Origin: a virus | Virus record (IMG/VR): IMGVR_UViG_3300046710_000057 | Coordinates: 1-22,338 of that record | Direction: 5' to 3' (one strand) | DNA: 22,338 nt | Part shown: positions 1 to 8,896 of the stretch, piece by piece | Position numbering within the stretch: the stretch's first letter is position 1 | Layout of the letters: the number at the start of each line of letters is the position of its first letter | Notes under the pieces: generated by a model | What the model saw: the letters and a program-made list of their open reading frames with translations, nothing else | Told to the model about the DNA's origin: nothing | Database searches by the model: none | Program-made: the position numbers and the translations under genes

Positions 1-2
1 AG

Positions 3-476
3 AACTTTTTGAGGACCAGTTCGGAAGCTGCCTCTCGTTATTTGTACTGGGGATTGACGGTCGCTGGGGATGTCAGAACGGTCACTGTCTATCGTTATCC
101 TATATTCTCAAACGACTACAAACTAGCCAGTGGTTCTCGAACTGGTCCTGGTGAGATCGTGCTTGACCAGTATCTCTTTTCAGGTCTTACAGGCACGGTC
201 TATATTAGCAGCGTCACACCGTATGCTGATAATACCGACACGACAGCCAACATCCTTTATCAGATGTTGGACCAGGAAGCATGTAACTGGTTCGATCTGC
301 GCCTGACAAGCGACCCAGACGAAGATGCGTCCTATGATATGAGACTTGATCTGGGCGACATCGCTCCAGGTGGATACGTCAACGTTACTGTTCGAGAATG
401 TATCAAAGCAGACGCTCTGCTTGGTCCTCATGCTGTTCCGCTCGTGATTGAAAAACCGAGTGAGTGGAGTGCTTAG
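3..476 (+). CDS. Putative virion structural protein, 5'-truncated by the window edge; paralog of the C-terminal part of the next gene
   Basis: The frame is open from base 3 to TAG at 474-476. The visible part aligns with the last ~150 aa of the 479-1900 protein (DLRLTSDPDEDASY..LDLGDIAPGGYVNVTVR..LGPHAVP vs DVRLTSDPDIAASY..LHIGDIAPGSYVNVTIR..LGPHAIP). Beta-rich and upstream of tail genes. Confidence 0.6.
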   Translation, partial: NFLRTSSEAASRYLYWGLTVAGDVRTVTVYRYPIFSNDYKLASGSRTGPGEIVLDQYLFSGLTGTVYISSVTPYADNTDTTANILYQMLDQEACNWFDLRLTSDPDEDASYDMRLDLGDIAPGGYVNVTVRECIKADALLGPHAVPLVIEKPSEWSA

Positions 477-478
477 TT

Positions 479-1900
479 ATGGCAACTGGGTTGCACTATG
501 AAGACATACCAGGGAGAAGGATAGGTTATCATGTCAACGGCTGCACGATAACAATGTGGCCTGACACCAACTTCGTTATGAGTCAAAGAAGATTCACCGA
601 AATGAATCTTTGTGTTTTGAACAACGAAGACTTAGATTTCTACGATTGTCTTGTGGTTCACGAGCACGACTACATATACGTTTGTCTATTCTTCCCTTGT
701 CCGTTTGATATGGATTATATGTTCCTGTCTGCCTGTATGGGCGACGACGCCGATTCGCTGAATCCAACTGACGCAACGCTTCTCGAAGTGCTTACCAGTA
801 AGAATACGACAAACGGAATGGACGGAGAATGGGAAGCGTCTGACTTTGACGTTGGGCTGCCATATGTTCCGCCTTACTATCCTGCTACTGCCGAAGTGAT
901 GGAGTACAGGAATACAATATTCACTGCCGAGAATACCGGAATCATTGCGCTCAGATTCAAGTGGCAAGCTGTCGTTGGCAAACATCTGTGGCTGAAGACC
1001 ATGCACCTCTACGGTAATATCAACCTGCCTCTTACTTGGTCAGCAGGCTCAACATATGTGATGGGCGATCAGGTCATGTTTGAAACTCGTCTGTATGATG
1101 CGCTTCTCACTACAAAAGATGTCGGTGGGGTCACTCAATACAACCTCAACAAAGTTCCTGATGAGGAACCAACTTGGTGGAAGTTCAATGACAGACTTGT
1201 TCTTGTCTGGTGTGCGTCTGGCGGTGGAGTTGAACTGGCTTACGACAAGGACTTCTACAACCAAAAGGCTGACGGTGGCTCGCAGGCACTCCAGAAATAC
1301 AATGTCAGCGTTAAGAACCTGAGTCCTACCAAGACGGCCTGTGATGTCCACGTACAGGTATGGAGTCGAGGCGCTGTGGCTCAGAGTGACTGGAACTATC
1401 AGACGAGTTATTGGCGAATATTCAACTGCACGGCAAGTAACGTCAACCGCTTGCCGAACACACTGGATGCCTGGGAAGCTCTGTTTTGGACAATCACTAT
1501 TGACGGCAGTAATAGGATTGTTGGTGTCTACAACAACGTAGATCATGCTGAAAACCATATGGTGATGTATGGCGTTGGGACTACCGGCGAGATAGAATTG
1601 GAAGAACGAAACGCTTCAGGAATATTCGGTTACGTTACATTGTCGAATGAACCAAAAGAAGACGATGATGTCGATAACATTCTACAAATCGGTATGGATG
1701 TTTCGGCTACCGAGTATTACGACGTAAGACTAACGTCTGACCCTGATATAGCCGCAAGCTATTCCAAAGACTTGCACATAGGGGATATAGCCCCAGGAAG
1801 CTATGTCAACGTGACTATCAGACAAGAGATACCGACGTGGGCTGTTCTTGGTCCACATGCGATTCCTGTTTACATCTATGGTCCAGACCATTGGCTTTAA
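479..1900 (+). CDS. Putative virion/tail protein containing one CBM5/12 (chitin-binding type 3-like) module
   Basis: Start moved to ATG 479 (GGAG at 466-469, just after the upstream TAG). Module WSAGSTYVMGDQVMFETRLYDAL...NLNKVPDEEPTWW at 1037-1180. C-terminal domain shared with the upstream gene. Confidence 0.6.
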   Translation: MATGLHYEDIPGRRIGYHVNGCTITMWPDTNFVMSQRRFTEMNLCVLNNEDLDFYDCLVVHEHDYIYVCLFFPCPFDMDYMFLSACMGDDADSLNPTDATLLEVLTSKNTTNGMDGEWEASDFDVGLPYVPPYYPATAEVMEYRNTIFTAENTGIIALRFKWQAVVGKHLWLKTMHLYGNINLPLTWSAGSTYVMGDQVMFETRLYDALLTTKDVGGVTQYNLNKVPDEEPTWWKFNDRLVLVWCASGGGVELAYDKDFYNQKADGGSQALQKYNVSVKNLSPTKTACDVHVQVWSRGAVAQSDWNYQTSYWRIFNCTASNVNRLPNTLDAWEALFWTITIDGSNRIVGVYNNVDHAENHMVMYGVGTTGEIELEERNASGIFGYVTLSNEPKEDDDVDNILQIGMDVSATEYYDVRLTSDPDIAASYSKDLHIGDIAPGSYVNVTIRQEIPTWAVLGPHAIPVYIYGPDHWL

Positions 1901-1915
1901 GGAGAACGGAATGAG

Positions 1916-4900
1916 ATGGCAAACTATCTTAGAAATGCAACCGTATCTCTTTCAGTTCAACCTGAAGCTCTAGGTGTTCTGCATCATTTTACTGTAGACA
2001 TAAATGTTTCACTGTGGGTTCACGCTAGAGTTACAAAAGAACCAGAATCCGCAGTATTATATCTAAATACTGACGTTGGCAGTGTAGTTGGTCAAGAAAT
2101 AATCGCCGAATCAGTAGGATATATTGCTACCAATGCTGGTCAGGATGTCCGATTTGGTGTAGAAAAAGGCGAATACACATCGGAGTTTGCCCTTGCTGTA
2201 GGGGTAATACCCTGGTATGATTTGATCAAAGACACAGCATATTGGGCATACTATCAGGACCAATCGGTTCTCAATGCCGATATGCCTCTTTATCTGGATG
2301 TCAACACAGGGTACTACGGAGTCATACACGATTCGCTGTTGATCAGCACATTTGGGATAACCGAGGGAGACAACGACAGAACAGGAGGTCGTTACCATCC
2401 AATGTACATTCAACCGTACAGATCAGGACATGATGGGTATATTGATTCTGCTAATCCAGACACTTGCCACGGCAGAGACAATGAGGTGTGGCTAGGGTAT
2501 AACGGTGGCAGCCAGTTGCGGTGTCTGTTCAAGTTCCCACTTGACAGGATACAGTTCAATCACGTCATTGATGACGTTGCAATAGGCTTCTACGTGCCTG
2601 ACTTGGCACATATAACAGGCGAAATTGCTGTCTCGATTCATAGAATGTTGAAGGACTGGGATAGCACATGCACCTGGAATAGCAGAAAGATCGCGAGTGC
2701 AGCTTGGTCAGCTTTACTCTTGTACTCAAGAGGCGAACAAGTTCTATACGACGGCAATTTGTATACTGCACTTCAGGCATTGAATATCAACAAACAACCT
2801 GATGCTGAACTCGATTGGTGGAGAAACGACGGCGCAGCAACCTCTTTGCTCTGGGATACTCCTGGTGGCGATTATGACCCTATTCCTGTCTTTACGGATG
2901 TGGTCTCATACGAACAAGGTTATCACCAAATGGGGATTACTCGTCAGGCTCTCATTGATTTGCTCGAAGGCTGGACGCTAGGTAGTTATCCCAACTACGG
3001 AGTCATCATGATACCGACAATAACCACTCCTGGGCTTTGGGTAAAAGCGTGGTCGATGGACGAAACAGGAGAAGGTTTTGCTGTAGATTGGACGCTTCCT
3101 CCGTTTAACGATAAGGATACTCGCTACCATCCGTATCTTGCGGTTACAACGCACGACAGCTTTACGCCGCTTCAAACTCTCATTGCTGAGAACCCACTGA
3201 TCGTTGAGATGAGAGTTTACAAGGCCGACTATACTCTCTTCGCGAGTGGCGACATTCCTGCGTATGTGCTCGAATCAGGTATTCCTTACCTGGAGAACTT
3301 CCAAGACGTTACTGATCTCATATCTGAGTACAATATCCAACAGTCTCGTCTTGAGGTTGCCGACAATATTACAATGGAAGTGTTCGACAACGAAACTGGT
3401 CAGTATAGCAACTTCTGGAATCCGATGGACGTGCTTGTGATCTACGAAAAAGTGTCTACTCAGGAAGGCGTTACGTCACCCTGGATAAATAAGGGCTACT
3501 TTGTCATCGACGCCGACCCTGAAGAGATTTCTGGAGACATTCCTAAGCTGCGAATAACCGCCAGAAGTGCAGCCAAGTATGGTCTGTTGACCGCTTATGT
3601 TGGCAAACCAGAAGCAGACAAGATAACTTACAACGACGTAGAATTGACGAAAACATTCGAGAACAACGAAATCTATGTCTATCAACATATCTCAGACAAT
3701 GGTGATGCTACATTCAACTGGGTCTCGCTCAGCACTCCAACGATAACTGGTCCTTGTTGGGGTGAATGGCTTCCTGACGTTGAGTATAATACAGCCGACA
3801 TTGTAATCAGTGGTGGCACGTATTGGAAATGCAAAAAGGACGCTTGTCTAAATCAACCTCCGAGTCCTAGTAGCATTGTACCAGGAGAAGTAGGAGCGGA
3901 CTGGAAATCAACAACGGAATACAAACTGAACGATGTCTGTAAGTATTCAGGCAAGTACTGGAAAAGCAAACAAGATGTTAATACGAACCACCAACCAGAC
4001 CTTACAGACACTCCAGGGTCGCCTACTGTTTGGGATGTCGATGTTACTTATGCTGAAGACGCTTTAGTCACTGATGGTGATGCTATCGAGTGGAGAAGTA
4101 AGGTAGCGGACAACGTTGGTCACATTCCAGGTATAGATGCTTTGTGGGTTAGTGGGCATTCTTATTCTGTCAACAATAGAGTAAGACACAGCGGCCAATC
4201 GTATAAATGTATCAAAAGAACTAGCACTTCTGAACCAGGTGGGTCTGGTTCTACTGCATATTGGTTGACAGTTGGAGATGCTGCTGACGCCTATTGGGAC
4301 CGAAGTATCGTCCATAACGACTGGTGGGAGGTCACCACTGCGCCTACAACGCCAACTGCACCCTATCCTGACCCTGTTCCTGAAGACCCTGACACTGGCA
4401 AGGGTAGCGGTAAAGGCAGTGGCGAAAAGGGCGGCGACTGGTGGGAAACTACCGAAGCTGATGATGAAACTCGGACTATGCCACTCAAGCGAGGCTTGAT
4501 GTGGATTAACTTTGGGACCGGCCAAATCTTTATCGAGAAGGAGTACTTCCAAGAAGCGAGAGGAACAGGCGGTCTTGGTAATCCAGCATATCTGAAGATC
4601 ATCTACAAGCGATGGACGAACCCATTAGATGATTTCTATGGATGCAATTCGTTGAATGTTGCTGCCTATGAAGTTCTTCGAGACGCTGGGTATCATCGGT
4701 GTGAGAACTCTGGTCTAAACTACATCAAGAGTCTTCCTCCGGTAATGCGTGACTTCGTGTTTGATCGAGTCTACAGTTACTATGCTGACGGAGACCCCAG
4801 CAAGTTTCTCGACATCACCGGAAACGATGTAACTCCGTTGGTTCAGCAAGAAAGCGACGCTCCAAGAGTCAGTCAAGGCCCATTGATTGTCCTAGCTAAG

Positions 4901-6847
4901 CCTGACGACTGTGTATACTTCTCATTGACCCATGAGAATCATAGGTTCAACATCATCAACTTGGTACTCACTCAACCTTCAGTTGAAGGTGTGTACGTTT
5001 GGGAGTACTGGAATGGCACTGCCTGGGTAGCGATCACACAAGTCCCTCCGGCGACTGATATTGGTTACGACGAGTGGCTTAGAAGCGGTTCTGACGCTGG
5101 TGCTTGTGATTTTACTTCTGATGGGCTTGTGATGTTCTACGAGGCCGATCTTGCGACCTGGCAAGTGTCTTGTATGGTCGAAACGCTCTATACTCCTGTT
5201 TTGATCGGTGCTGGTCCTGTAGACTATTTGCGAATGGTTGACGGCAAGTACGTGGTGGACGGCGTAGACCTAACCAGTCTGATTCCTGTTGGATGTTTGA
5301 TTGGTAACAGTATGATAGGGTATCATAAGGTCACAAGCTGTACTTACAACGGAACGAGTTCATCGGTCGGTGTAGCAGATACAGTCGCGCTAGTTCCTCA
5401 GACCAACATATCAATATACAAGATCGAAGACGCCGTTGACGAAGGGCTGACTCCTAGTGATCTTGGGAGCTTCTGGATGCGAGTAAGGTGTCTTAGCGAA
5501 CCTGCAACACCTCCAGAAATCCATAGGTTTGCAGGTAAGGAACTGTGCGTTCTGCCAAGCGACAACAAGACCAATAAGCTCGAAATGTGGGACGATAAGA
5601 CTCACCTGGAAGTGCTGGACGACTGGTTCTCCAAACTTGCTCCTCCAAACTATTATCTTGAAATAGCTGAAGACAGTAGCGTCAACGGTTGGTATATTCG
5701 TCAAAAAGACGAAGAAGACTTTGAAATTATCAACGATACTGGGATTCGTAAAGACAGAAATGATTCACAGGTCTTTACACGAGTCAATGTTCGCATTGAT
5801 AATGCAAACCGAGACAATACTATCGACTATGCCAAGTCTTCAAATGGAGCTATTGCCGCCGCAGTAGGTTATATTGGCCCTGAAGAAGAAGGCTATGAGG
5901 ATATGCAGATTGCCTGGGACTTCCACGACAAGAGTTCTCCTAGCAACGAGTGGGCCTGGGGAGATGCTTTCTGGACACAGGAAAAAGCTCCTACTAAACT
6001 CCAGTATGCCATTGACGACAGTATGAGATCAGAGTGGGGTCCGTACTACGTTGAGTCGCTGGTGTATGACGGTAAGACCGCTGGTAAGATGGACGAAGCC
6101 CAGTGGCAGTATCGCGACGTTATCATAGTCAAGTTGAGAGAAGCAGTTCGGCTGTTCAGAATTGGCGCACAGATTCGGTCTCGTCTCCCTGGCGCATCGT
6201 TCAGCCCAGTGTTTTCGATCTTCTACAAGAGTAACGACCTTACGGAAGGTTGGACACTTGGCAGTACAGGACTTCAGTGTGCTTTTGGAGCGTATGAGAC
6301 GAAGTATGTAGACTTCCTCGAACAAGGTCTCGAAGACGATCTGCCGATGGTTCGGTACATCAAAATCCAAATCGAGTTGCCAGCACACGACATCCTTCAC
6401 TACACGCAACAAAAAGGTAAAAAGGGCCAAGAAGATGTCAACTTGCAACGAATCGACTTCTCAATCCGAACGATTCGTGCCGAAGGGATTCCGGCAGATG
6501 AACCTGTCTACGCTCAGGCTACATTAGGAACAACTTATCCGTTTGCCACTGATGCAGACATAGTTACACTCGACAAATATCGGATTCGAGCGTTGAATAT
6601 CGGTGACAAAGACCCTTATCTGCGAGGCTACGCTGACGCTCAGCAGTTGGCGCTGAATATGCTTCGAGAAGCATATCGACTGTACGACCCAGTAACGGTT
6701 CAAGGAGTCCATCCATCCGTCAGGATAGGGCAGACAGTTCGGTATCGCAACTCGATTATGGGAACTGACAGTCATTATGTGATCGAAGAAATCAACCACA
6801 AGCGAGGCTTCGATGTCGAAGTTAAGCTCGTGCCGTATAGAGGGTAG
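1916..6847 (+). CDS. Large baseplate hub / tail-tip (Tal/gp27-like) protein with inserted adhesin domains: DNRLRE, five CBM5/12 modules and a discoidin/F5-8C-like domain
   Basis: 1643-aa ORF with AAGGAG upstream. Hub-like segments DVTDLISEYNIQQSRLEVADNITMEV..GYFVID..LRITARS and C-terminal AQQLALNML..VTVQGVHPSVRIGQTV..YVIEEINH. DNRLRE-like region ~2432-3148 (DGYIDSANPD..LRCLFKF..W..TCTWN..PGGD..NYGVIM..PYLAV). W-x4-Y-x4-V modules at 2705-2821 and 3758-4453. Discoidin-like region ~5825-6487 (YAIDD..EW..IIVKL..FSIFY..VRYIKI). Confidence 0.7.
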   Translation: MANYLRNATVSLSVQPEALGVLHHFTVDINVSLWVHARVTKEPESAVLYLNTDVGSVVGQEIIAESVGYIATNAGQDVRFGVEKGEYTSEFALAVGVIPWYDLIKDTAYWAYYQDQSVLNADMPLYLDVNTGYYGVIHDSLLISTFGITEGDNDRTGGRYHPMYIQPYRSGHDGYIDSANPDTCHGRDNEVWLGYNGGSQLRCLFKFPLDRIQFNHVIDDVAIGFYVPDLAHITGEIAVSIHRMLKDWDSTCTWNSRKIASAAWSALLLYSRGEQVLYDGNLYTALQALNINKQPDAELDWWRNDGAATSLLWDTPGGDYDPIPVFTDVVSYEQGYHQMGITRQALIDLLEGWTLGSYPNYGVIMIPTITTPGLWVKAWSMDETGEGFAVDWTLPPFNDKDTRYHPYLAVTTHDSFTPLQTLIAENPLIVEMRVYKADYTLFASGDIPAYVLESGIPYLENFQDVTDLISEYNIQQSRLEVADNITMEVFDNETGQYSNFWNPMDVLVIYEKVSTQEGVTSPWINKGYFVIDADPEEISGDIPKLRITARSAAKYGLLTAYVGKPEADKITYNDVELTKTFENNEIYVYQHISDNGDATFNWVSLSTPTITGPCWGEWLPDVEYNTADIVISGGTYWKCKKDACLNQPPSPSSIVPGEVGADWKSTTEYKLNDVCKYSGKYWKSKQDVNTNHQPDLTDTPGSPTVWDVDVTYAEDALVTDGDAIEWRSKVADNVGHIPGIDALWVSGHSYSVNNRVRHSGQSYKCIKRTSTSEPGGSGSTAYWLTVGDAADAYWDRSIVHNDWWEVTTAPTTPTAPYPDPVPEDPDTGKGSGKGSGEKGGDWWETTEADDETRTMPLKRGLMWINFGTGQIFIEKEYFQEARGTGGLGNPAYLKIIYKRWTNPLDDFYGCNSLNVAAYEVLRDAGYHRCENSGLNYIKSLPPVMRDFVFDRVYSYYADGDPSKFLDITGNDVTPLVQQESDAPRVSQGPLIVLAKPDDCVYFSLTHENHRFNIINLVLTQPSVEGVYVWEYWNGTAWVAITQVPPATDIGYDEWLRSGSDAGACDFTSDGLVMFYEADLATWQVSCMVETLYTPVLIGAGPVDYLRMVDGKYVVDGVDLTSLIPVGCLIGNSMIGYHKVTSCTYNGTSSSVGVADTVALVPQTNISIYKIEDAVDEGLTPSDLGSFWMRVRCLSEPATPPEIHRFAGKELCVLPSDNKTNKLEMWDDKTHLEVLDDWFSKLAPPNYYLEIAEDSSVNGWYIRQKDEEDFEIINDTGIRKDRNDSQVFTRVNVRIDNANRDNTIDYAKSSNGAIAAAVGYIGPEEEGYEDMQIAWDFHDKSSPSNEWAWGDAFWTQEKAPTKLQYAIDDSMRSEWGPYYVESLVYDGKTAGKMDEAQWQYRDVIIVKLREAVRLFRIGAQIRSRLPGASFSPVFSIFYKSNDLTEGWTLGSTGLQCAFGAYETKYVDFLEQGLEDDLPMVRYIKIQIELPAHDILHYTQQKGKKGQEDVNLQRIDFSIRTIRAEGIPADEPVYAQATLGTTYPFATDADIVTLDKYRIRALNIGDKDPYLRGYADAQQLALNMLREAYRLYDPVTVQGVHPSVRIGQTVRYRNSIMGTDSHYVIEEINHKRGFDVEVKLVPYRG
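3758..4453 (+). repeat. Four CBM5/12-like protein repeats with P/T-rich and G/K/S-rich linkers inside the hub protein
   Basis: WLPDVEYNTADIVISGGTYWKC, WKSTTEYKLNDVCKYSGKYWKS, WDVDVTYAEDALVTDGDAIEWRS and WVSGHSYSVNNRVRHSGQSYKC, followed by TTAPTTPTAP and GKGSGKGSGEKGG linkers. Confidence 0.75.
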
Positions 6848-6849
6848 AC

Positions 6850-7500
6850 ATGAGTAGAATCGGACGATCAAGGCTGACTGTTTTCGACCTGATTGATCTT
6901 CAGGTCAAAAAGAGTTCAAAGGCTGTAGACCTAGAGAAGTTGAAGAGACAGGTCAATGTGCTTCAAGGCAAACTGACTGACTCTTTGACTATCTTGAGCG
7001 ATTCGTCAGCAGGGTCAGCTTCAGGAAACGAAGCAACCTACGGCTATGACTACACTACTGTACCCCCAGTAATGAAGCTGTATCCGAACATTACGTCGCG
7101 ATTTGACAACCTGGATATGGCTCTGATTACGTTGCCTGAAACAATGGGTGACGCATTAGAACTGGGTTATGCTGTAGAGGCTCGTGTTGTCGTTGTTGAA
7201 GGTCAAGTCACTGATATAAGCGGTTCGATTGACGATCTACAAGCTCGTGTTGGCGCTCTGGAAGTGATAGTTGAAGACCTACAGAACGCCACATTGACGA
7301 TTGTTCAGTATATCCCTGATGACTATATTACGAGCATTGTGATGCCTGATCGCATCGAGGTCTGTCGAGTGTATCGTAACGGTCTACGATTGTTTGAGGG
7401 TGGAGGTTACGACTATACCTTTACTAATGACACAATCTCTGTTGAAGGGAATGCTGGAGACCGTTTCATCATCGAATACAACCCTATACCCTGGAGCTAG
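6850..7500 (+). CDS. Putative tail-associated protein with coiled coil and small C-terminal beta domain
   Basis: Starts 2 nt after the hub stop, with GAGGG upstream. Heptad segment VEARVVVVEGQVTDISGSIDDLQARVGALEVIVEDLQ. C-terminal VYRNGLRLFEGGGYDYTF..GDRFIIEY motif resembles those of phage virion proteins. Confidence 0.55.
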   Translation: MSRIGRSRLTVFDLIDLQVKKSSKAVDLEKLKRQVNVLQGKLTDSLTILSDSSAGSASGNEATYGYDYTTVPPVMKLYPNITSRFDNLDMALITLPETMGDALELGYAVEARVVVVEGQVTDISGSIDDLQARVGALEVIVEDLQNATLTIVQYIPDDYITSIVMPDRIEVCRVYRNGLRLFEGGGYDYTFTNDTISVEGNAGDRFIIEYNPIPWS

Positions 7501-7531
7501 TAGTATAACATGAGTAGGAGAGTGAGAGCGC

Positions 7532-7900
7532 ATGGCTGAACAAGACCCTAATAACGTACCGTTGAGAGAGTATACAGAACGTCTGATAGTGGACTTGGAA
7601 AAAACTTTCAACGTCAAGTTCGACGCGAACCAAGAGGCCGTAGACAAAGCAGAGCGCCGGATGGAGATTCGTCTGGAAGGTATGAACGAGTTCCGTCTGC
7701 AACTCAAGGACCAAGCTGCTGCATTTCTTCCACGATCAGAATATTCGGTTGCCCATGACAAACTGGGAGCCGACATCACAGATTTGCGAAAGACAAGAGA
7801 CGAGATGGCAGGTAAAGCAAATGCTTCGTCTGTTTATGTTGCGTATGCTTTGGCTGGTATAGGTATACTTATCAGCATCATTCAAATGTTCGCCAAATAA
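7532..7900 (+). CDS. Coiled-coil protein with C-terminal transmembrane helix (XhlA/holin-accessory-like)
   Basis: AGGAG RBS. Helical charged N-terminus and a single hydrophobic C-terminal segment VYVAYALAGIGILISIIQMF. Located after the tail genes. Confidence 0.5.
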   Translation: MAEQDPNNVPLREYTERLIVDLEKTFNVKFDANQEAVDKAERRMEIRLEGMNEFRLQLKDQAAAFLPRSEYSVAHDKLGADITDLRKTRDEMAGKANASSVYVAYALAGIGILISIIQMFAK

Positions 7901-7915
7901 GAAAGAAAGGAGAAA

Positions 7916-8251
7916 ATGATGGAGCTTATAGATACCATACTGAAGTATCTGAGTACTACACCACATGCTGCTGATCTGTTGACTGTAGCTGGTCTAGGCG
8001 CGTTCCTGAAGTTCGTTCTGGTTCCGCTTATCAAGTTGATCTGCAAACAGTTCAAGCTGGACATTACTGGCAGTCGTACGGTTCTTGTGGTTTATCTAGC
8101 GTCGTTGCTCACTGTTGGTGCTGTAACGCTGTTTACGCATACCGCTTGGAGCCTGCCTATCTTGCTTCTAGTCGCATGGCAAGCCACAAACAACGCTATA
8201 GCGATGCAAGAGACTTCTACTGCCTTGTTTGAACCCAAGAAGATGGACTAA
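7916..8251 (+). CDS. Putative holin
   Basis: AAGGAG RBS. 111 aa with about three hydrophobic segments and a charged C-terminus (EPKKMD). Located at the end of the structural block. Confidence 0.5.
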   Translation: MMELIDTILKYLSTTPHAADLLTVAGLGAFLKFVLVPLIKLICKQFKLDITGSRTVLVVYLASLLTVGAVTLFTHTAWSLPILLLVAWQATNNAIAMQETSTALFEPKKMD

Positions 8252-8262
8252 CTGCCCTTACG

Positions 8263-8286
8263 AGGCTGGGAGGAAACTCCCAGCCT
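8263..8286 (+). terminator. GC-rich hairpin (possible terminator, attenuator or processing site)
   Basis: Perfect 10-bp stem AGGCTGGGAG / CTCCCAGCCT with a GAAA loop, immediately after the holin-like stop. No convincing U-tract follows (TCCATT). Confidence 0.5.
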
Positions 8287-8308
8287 TCCATTAAGGTGGC
8301 CTAACGAA

Positions 8309-8896
8309 GTGAACATTGGAATAGATATAGACGGCGTGTGCGCTTGCTACTGCGAAGCAGCACTACAATGGCTCAACGAGAAGTTGGAACTTAACTACAC
8401 AATGAGCCAGATGACGACTTACTGGTTTGAGACTATCATTACCGAGGTTTCACAGGATGTGGTTCACGATGCTCTGGTGCAGTTCCGTGATGAGGGCAAC
8501 CTTCGGTATCTACCTGTTGTTCCTGGCGCTCAAGAGGCGATCTGGAAGCTGTCCGATAATAACAAGATCATCTTCGTGACAGCAAGGAACGTCTGTGCTC
8601 GCGAGGATACTGAGGAATGGTTATGCAAGAACGGCATACACTACGACGATTTGGTGTTCACTGGTTGTAATGAAAAAGCAGAGTTCATCAAATCTCACTG
8701 TGACGTTCATATAGACGATTGCCCAGAAATAGCCAATAAAGTCTCTGCGAAAAACATCCCAGTGTTGTTATTCGATCAAATATGGAATAGGGATTACATC
8801 CCTGTGATCGAATCTAGGATGGTTGTCAGAGCAAGAGATTGGCCTGATGTGGTGTCAATTATAGGAGGGATTCCTTGTGGAAGTAGACGCACTTAA
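8309..8896 (+). CDS. HAD-superfamily 5'(3')-deoxyribonucleotidase-like (NT5C) phosphatase
   Basis: GTG start with AAGGTGG upstream. HAD motif I IGIDIDGV, VPGAQEAI, motif II IFVTAR, TEEWL, a lysine, motif IV HIDDCP, and LFDQIWNR. Confidence 0.85.
   Translation: MNIGIDIDGVCACYCEAALQWLNEKLELNYTMSQMTTYWFETIITEVSQDVVHDALVQFRDEGNLRYLPVVPGAQEAIWKLSDNNKIIFVTARNVCAREDTEEWLCKNGIHYDDLVFTGCNEKAEFIKSHCDVHIDDCPEIANKVSAKNIPVLLFDQIWNRDYIPVIESRMVVRARDWPDVVSIIGGIPCGSRRT

Noticed and set aside
4397-4435. GKGSGKGSG as a Walker A motif or DNA tandem repeat
   Set aside because: Low-complexity linker with varied codons and no preceding hydrophobic strand or NTPase context.
7501-7531. TATAAC as a -10 promoter element
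   Set aside because: No credible -35 or extended -10 TG at the proper spacing.
180-7966. Many minus-strand ORFs of 60-170 aa opposite the structural genes (e.g. 1049-1558, 4064-4552, 6029-6448, 7384-7779)
   Set aside because: They are antisense shadows of well-supported + strand genes, with no recognisable motifs.
8309-8896. HAD gene as a canonical gmhB
   Set aside because: It lacks DRDG and the Cys/His zinc motif, and its motifs match NT5C-like nucleotidases. Kept only as a hypothesis.
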